A stretch of 64,000 nt of DNA, from contig NC_087444.1 of assembly GCF_036321535.1 (NCBI RefSeq), positions 9,424,001 to 9,488,000 on the forward strand, in the 5' to 3' direction. The DNA is from Camelus dromedarius (Eukaryota). The notes under the pieces are model-generated. The model saw nothing but the letters and a program-made list of their open reading frames with translations, had not been told where the DNA came from and ran no database searches. Of this stretch, positions 61,791 to 64,000 are shown in pieces; the stretch's first letter is position 1, and each line of letters begins with the position of its first letter. The position numbers and the translations under genes were made by a program.

Positions 61791-62979
61791 TTCTGCTAAG
61801 TATGAAGAGGCAATTTATAAAGAAAGAAGTTGCAAAGACTACAGAATGCTTGAATACCGTTTGTCAGTCTTCTGTTCTCTGCTTTTGATAAAATCATTTC
61901 CTTATTGATAGTTAGAGAATACCCACACCTGTCGACAGATCTTTCATGACCAGACTGCATTCTTAGTAGTTCACAAAGACACCCACATTCCAAAATGAAG
62001 TTCTGAAAAGTTGGTTGAAGTAATGCAAAATTTCTGCCTTCAATTTAGATGCTTGTTAAATTGAATTAAGGAATTCAGTTGGAGTGTATGATACATCATT
62101 TTCAATATTAAAGTTATTTTTGAGGCCCAATTTGACCAACCTGTAGTGTGACCTGGAGACATCCAAAGTGATAGTACAGTTCAAGGACTAGGGCTGACCA
62201 AAAAAAAAAAATCTCAATTTAGTCAGATCATTTTTTAATTTATATTTTTTCACTTATTATAAAGCAAGTTGTTAGGTATATGGGGAGTATTCCAAAGAGG
62301 AAATAAAGAAATATCTTTCTTTTGTGTAGTTTAATGCCAGTAGGTTAATAATCTAATTTAATTTTGCTGTAAGTATTTCAGAGTTTGTGTGTGGTTGCAT
62401 GCATATGTGTATATGTGTGTGTATTCTGAAACTTGATTTTAAGATAATTGTTTTTAAAGTCAACTGTTGAGTTTACAGTTTAGTAAGTATTTCTTTAAAT
62501 TGGACTTTTCTCTCTTTACAGATCTATGACAGTGTTGCATAAGTAGTTTTTTTTTAAGTTTATTGTTCAATTTTTTTCAAGTCCCTGACATTTAATTTGC
62601 TGCTTTCATATTTCTTCGAGAAAGTAATGGTGATTTGGCACCTGCTATTCCTTGGGCAGATCGAGTGTTTCTGTCTCATTAGAGGCAGTCGTGTGATATT
62701 TCCAAGAGGATATTAAAAACTTCAGTTTGTGTCGGAAATTGTGCCCTTTTGAATACCAAATATCTTTGTGATAATGCTGTAGGCTCTGCTATTCTTCATG
62801 CATTTCAGTGGCAAAAACGGAAAACTAGTGCATTGATCTTGACATTAAAAATGATTCCTTTTGCTACTTGATGATATTTTCCAATGGATTAGCTCCTCCG
62901 GTTGAAATATTTTTTATCTTCCATTGGCTAATTCTTGAGATTAGATTTTAGGATGTTGGTCTGAAAATGTTTTAGAGAT

Positions 62980-63100
62980 GCCTGAGTCCAACCTCTTAAA
63001 ATTCAGGTGAAGTCACTGAGATCTAGAGGGCTCAGAGAGGTTACATTTCTTAGTTAATATCGTCGACCCAGAGCTAGGAACCCACTGCTCTGGAGCACAG
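62980..63100 (-). mobile_element. MIR fragment
   Basis: gagtccaacctcttaaaattcaggtgaagtcactgag...gctcagagaggtt. Confidence 0.6.
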
Positions 63101-63289
63101 TCCAGTACTTCTGCTAGGCTGGATCCTTACATGAAAGATCCACAACTATTTGAAATAGGAAGGTCTACATTCTGTTTTATAAACTTAATTATTTTCTAAA
63201 ATTATTTCTATACTTGGAGAGCAAGCTCCATGGTTCACTGAGTCTAGACTGTACATCTCACACAGTGAGTTTACAGATATATTTATCTC

Positions 63290-63650
63290 GGTTCCTTCAA
63301 CAACCCCTTATTGAGAAGCTACTGTGTGCCGGCTCTGGGGCAGTTATAAAAATTAAGATTGAATTTCTGGTTTTGAGCTGTCATAAGGGAATGTGATACA
63401 AACACAAATGACTGGGAAAGAACAGGCTGTCTGAATGTTAACAGCAACAATTAAAAAATGAAGTGCTCTGGGCCCATGGAAGAAAAAGCTAATTCTGTCT
63501 GGGCAGAGTGAGCTCATGAAGGATCAGTAGGCTTTGACAGTTAAAGAGTAGAAATGTTGGTCTTGTAAGAAAAATAACTATCATAAAGCAAAGGAGTAAA
63601 GACTCCAAAAGGCATAGATGTTTTCAGAAGAGTACATTTTTTGATAGGGC
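63290..63650 (-). mobile_element. L2 3' end
   Basis: ttcaacaacccttattgagaagctactgtgtgccggctctgggg. Confidence 0.7.
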
Positions 63651-64000
63651 TTTAGCAGAAAGTGTCAAGGACTAGGAAGACAGATGAGGTGACAGTGAGA
63701 AGAATTTTACATGAGATGCTATGGTTTTTTTTCTGAAGAAAATTTGGAATTATTGAGTTGGAATTATTGGAATTATTGATAAGAACAAATGGAAAATCAA
63801 CTTGCTTTGATTTAATGTTTTCCCAGGGTTTTGAAATCATACAGCGTGAACTATCATTTTTACTTAAGATCACTACAGTATAAAACGTGTTTGTTCATTT
63901 GCCAAACCCCTGTTGGCTCAGACTTAAGACCCAGTTTGGAGTTGCATGTATATCATGTCTTTTTGACCCTCTGAGAGTCAGCCCATCTCATTTCTATAAC

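Noticed and set aside
810-63873. All ORFs in the supplied six-frame track as protein-coding genes
   Set aside because: They are 60-139 aa, many begin at non-ATG codons, are rich in L/F/I/S as expected from AT-rich DNA, contain no recognisable domain, and often lie within repeats. This is the number expected by chance.

Overview
This is 64 kb of AT-rich mammalian non-coding DNA, either a large intron or intergenic. It is most likely from a camelid: it carries two copies of a tRNA-Ala-derived SINE matching the camelid Vic-1 type and a camelid-type L1 3' end, and I saw no Alu, B1/B2, Bov-A/tA/BovB, PRE-1 or Can-SINE. Much of the window is decayed transposable elements: L2, MIR, L3/CR1, several ages of L1, MaLR/ERVL/ERV1 solo LTRs and hAT MITEs (MER33, MER58A). 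Two N-gaps both fall inside L1 copies. None of the supplied ORFs looks like a real gene; they are chance ORFs, L1 remnants or N-run artefacts. There is no prokaryotic content, CRISPR array, rRNA or functional tRNA gene. I could not identify a host gene and found no convincing novel multi-gene system. The best leads are all modest: a possible minus-strand first exon ending ATG|gtaag (~855-950); three symmetric non-repeat elements (10660-10684, 41241-41280, 50449-50506); a CpG-retaining core bracketed by A22 and T16 (41854-42114); a CTCF-like site (31572-31590); an unexplained CpG-rich segment at 33.1-33.7 kb; scattered exon-like segments; and two rearranged L1 copies. Repeat family names come from recalled consensus sequences and boundaries are approximate; RepeatMasker/Dfam is needed to confirm them.
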